Below are positions 38,825 through 39,245 of a stretch of DNA of 39,245 nt, one piece after another. The stretch spans positions 1 through 39,245 of the forward strand of contig CAYGIN010000001.1 of assembly GCA_964349995.1 (NCBI GenBank), in the 5' to 3' direction. The stretch comes from an uncultured Candidatus Saccharibacteria bacterium. GTDB lineage: Bacteria > Patescibacteriota > Minisyncoccia > Phycocordibacterales > SBAW01. How positions within the stretch are numbered: the stretch's first letter is position 1; every line of letters begins with the position of its first letter. The position numbers were made by a program, and so were the translations under genes. The notes under the pieces are model-generated. The model worked only from the letters and a program-made list of their open reading frames with translations, searched no databases and was not told the origin of the DNA.

Positions 38825-39245
38825 ATGAAAAGTGAATTAACCCCCGAAAATAAGGGTGAAATCCGTGGTCACATGCACCCAATTTCTTCACTTATTCGTG
38901 AAGCAAACAAGATTTTTTCTGATATGGGCTTTGCTTTTGCCTCAGGGCCTTTGGTTGAGAGCGAATGGTACAACTTCGACTCTCTAAACGTGCCCAAAGA
39001 CCATCCGGCTCGCGACATGCAGGATACATTTTTTATGAAAGATGAACCGGGCATGGTTTTGCGAACACATTGTTCGCCGGTACAAGTTCGGTATATGGAA
39101 GAGCAATTAAAAAAGGGAATCAACCCACCATATAGGGTCATAGTTCCGGGCGCTGCATTTAGAAATGAAGCAACCGACATGACCCACGAATCTGAATTCT
39201 TCCAAATGGAATGTTTAGTTGTTGGGGAAGATGTCACCTTGGGTC
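38825..39245 (+). CDS. pheS: Phenylalanyl-tRNA synthetase alpha subunit, 5' part (runs off the window)
   Basis: My own translation gives MKSELTPENKGEIRGHMHPISSLIREANKIFSDMGFAFASGPLVESEWYNFDSLNVPKDHPARDMQDTFF...LRTHCSPVQVRYM...FRNEATDMTHESEFFQMECLVVG. This ORF is not in the supplied track because it has no stop within the window. Confidence 0.9.
   Translation, partial: MKSELTPENKGEIRGHMHPISSLIREANKIFSDMGFAFASGPLVESEWYNFDSLNVPKDHPARDMQDTFFMKDEPGMVLRTHCSPVQVRYMEEQLKKGINPPYRVIVPGAAFRNEATDMTHESEFFQMECLVVGEDVTLG

Noticed and set aside
38796-38891. GTG 38891 as the start of the GT2 gene
   Set aside because: It would overlap the pheS start and both promoter boxes. ATG 38795 (MDIGTWGIYLCLF...) begins directly at the first TM helix and has a TATACT box 7 nt upstream.

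Overview
This is a very compact bacterial window. Most intergenic gaps are under 35 bp, there are almost no Shine-Dalgarno sequences, and TGA is used as a stop, so the genetic code is standard. Gene content suggests a Patescibacteria/CPR (Parcubacteria-like) genome; this is an inference from the split transketolase, a 151-aa EF-Ts, a PheS without its N-terminal domain and a giant repeat-rich surface protein.

The right part (25.0-39.2 kb) is housekeeping: gap, rpiB, an rpe-like gene, split transketolase, a PfkB kinase, class II aldolase, L25, a lytic transglycosylase-like protein, L31, RF1, S2, EF-Ts, tRNA-Thr(UGU), a thioredoxin-like protein, a processive GT2 synthase and the pheS 5' end.

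The left part (0-25 kb) is an accessory cell-envelope island built almost entirely of exported or membrane-anchored proteins in paralogous sets:
- a 1305-aa surface protein preceded by duplicated leader and 5'-CDS modules
- two sulfatase-family (LtaS-like) enzymes
- three tandem secreted paralogs with mosaic blocks of near-identical DNA
- four Cys/His-rich repeat proteins
- two ~530-aa anchored paralogs

The best candidate for a novel system is a three-gene cassette present twice (4395-6332 and 16409-18342). It encodes a ~64-aa signal-peptide-bearing peptide ending in CGG(L/I)F-stop, a ~150-aa partner protein, and a translationally coupled 427-aa PaaK-like adenylate-forming ligase. I interpret it as an ATP-dependent peptide maturation module, possibly forming an AIP-like Cys-to-C-terminus thiolactone. 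That interpretation is a hypothesis only.

A second clear signal is a palindromic AGTATACT -10 box centred in exactly 23-bp gaps between divergent start codons at three sites. This implies bidirectional promoters driving leaderless mRNAs.
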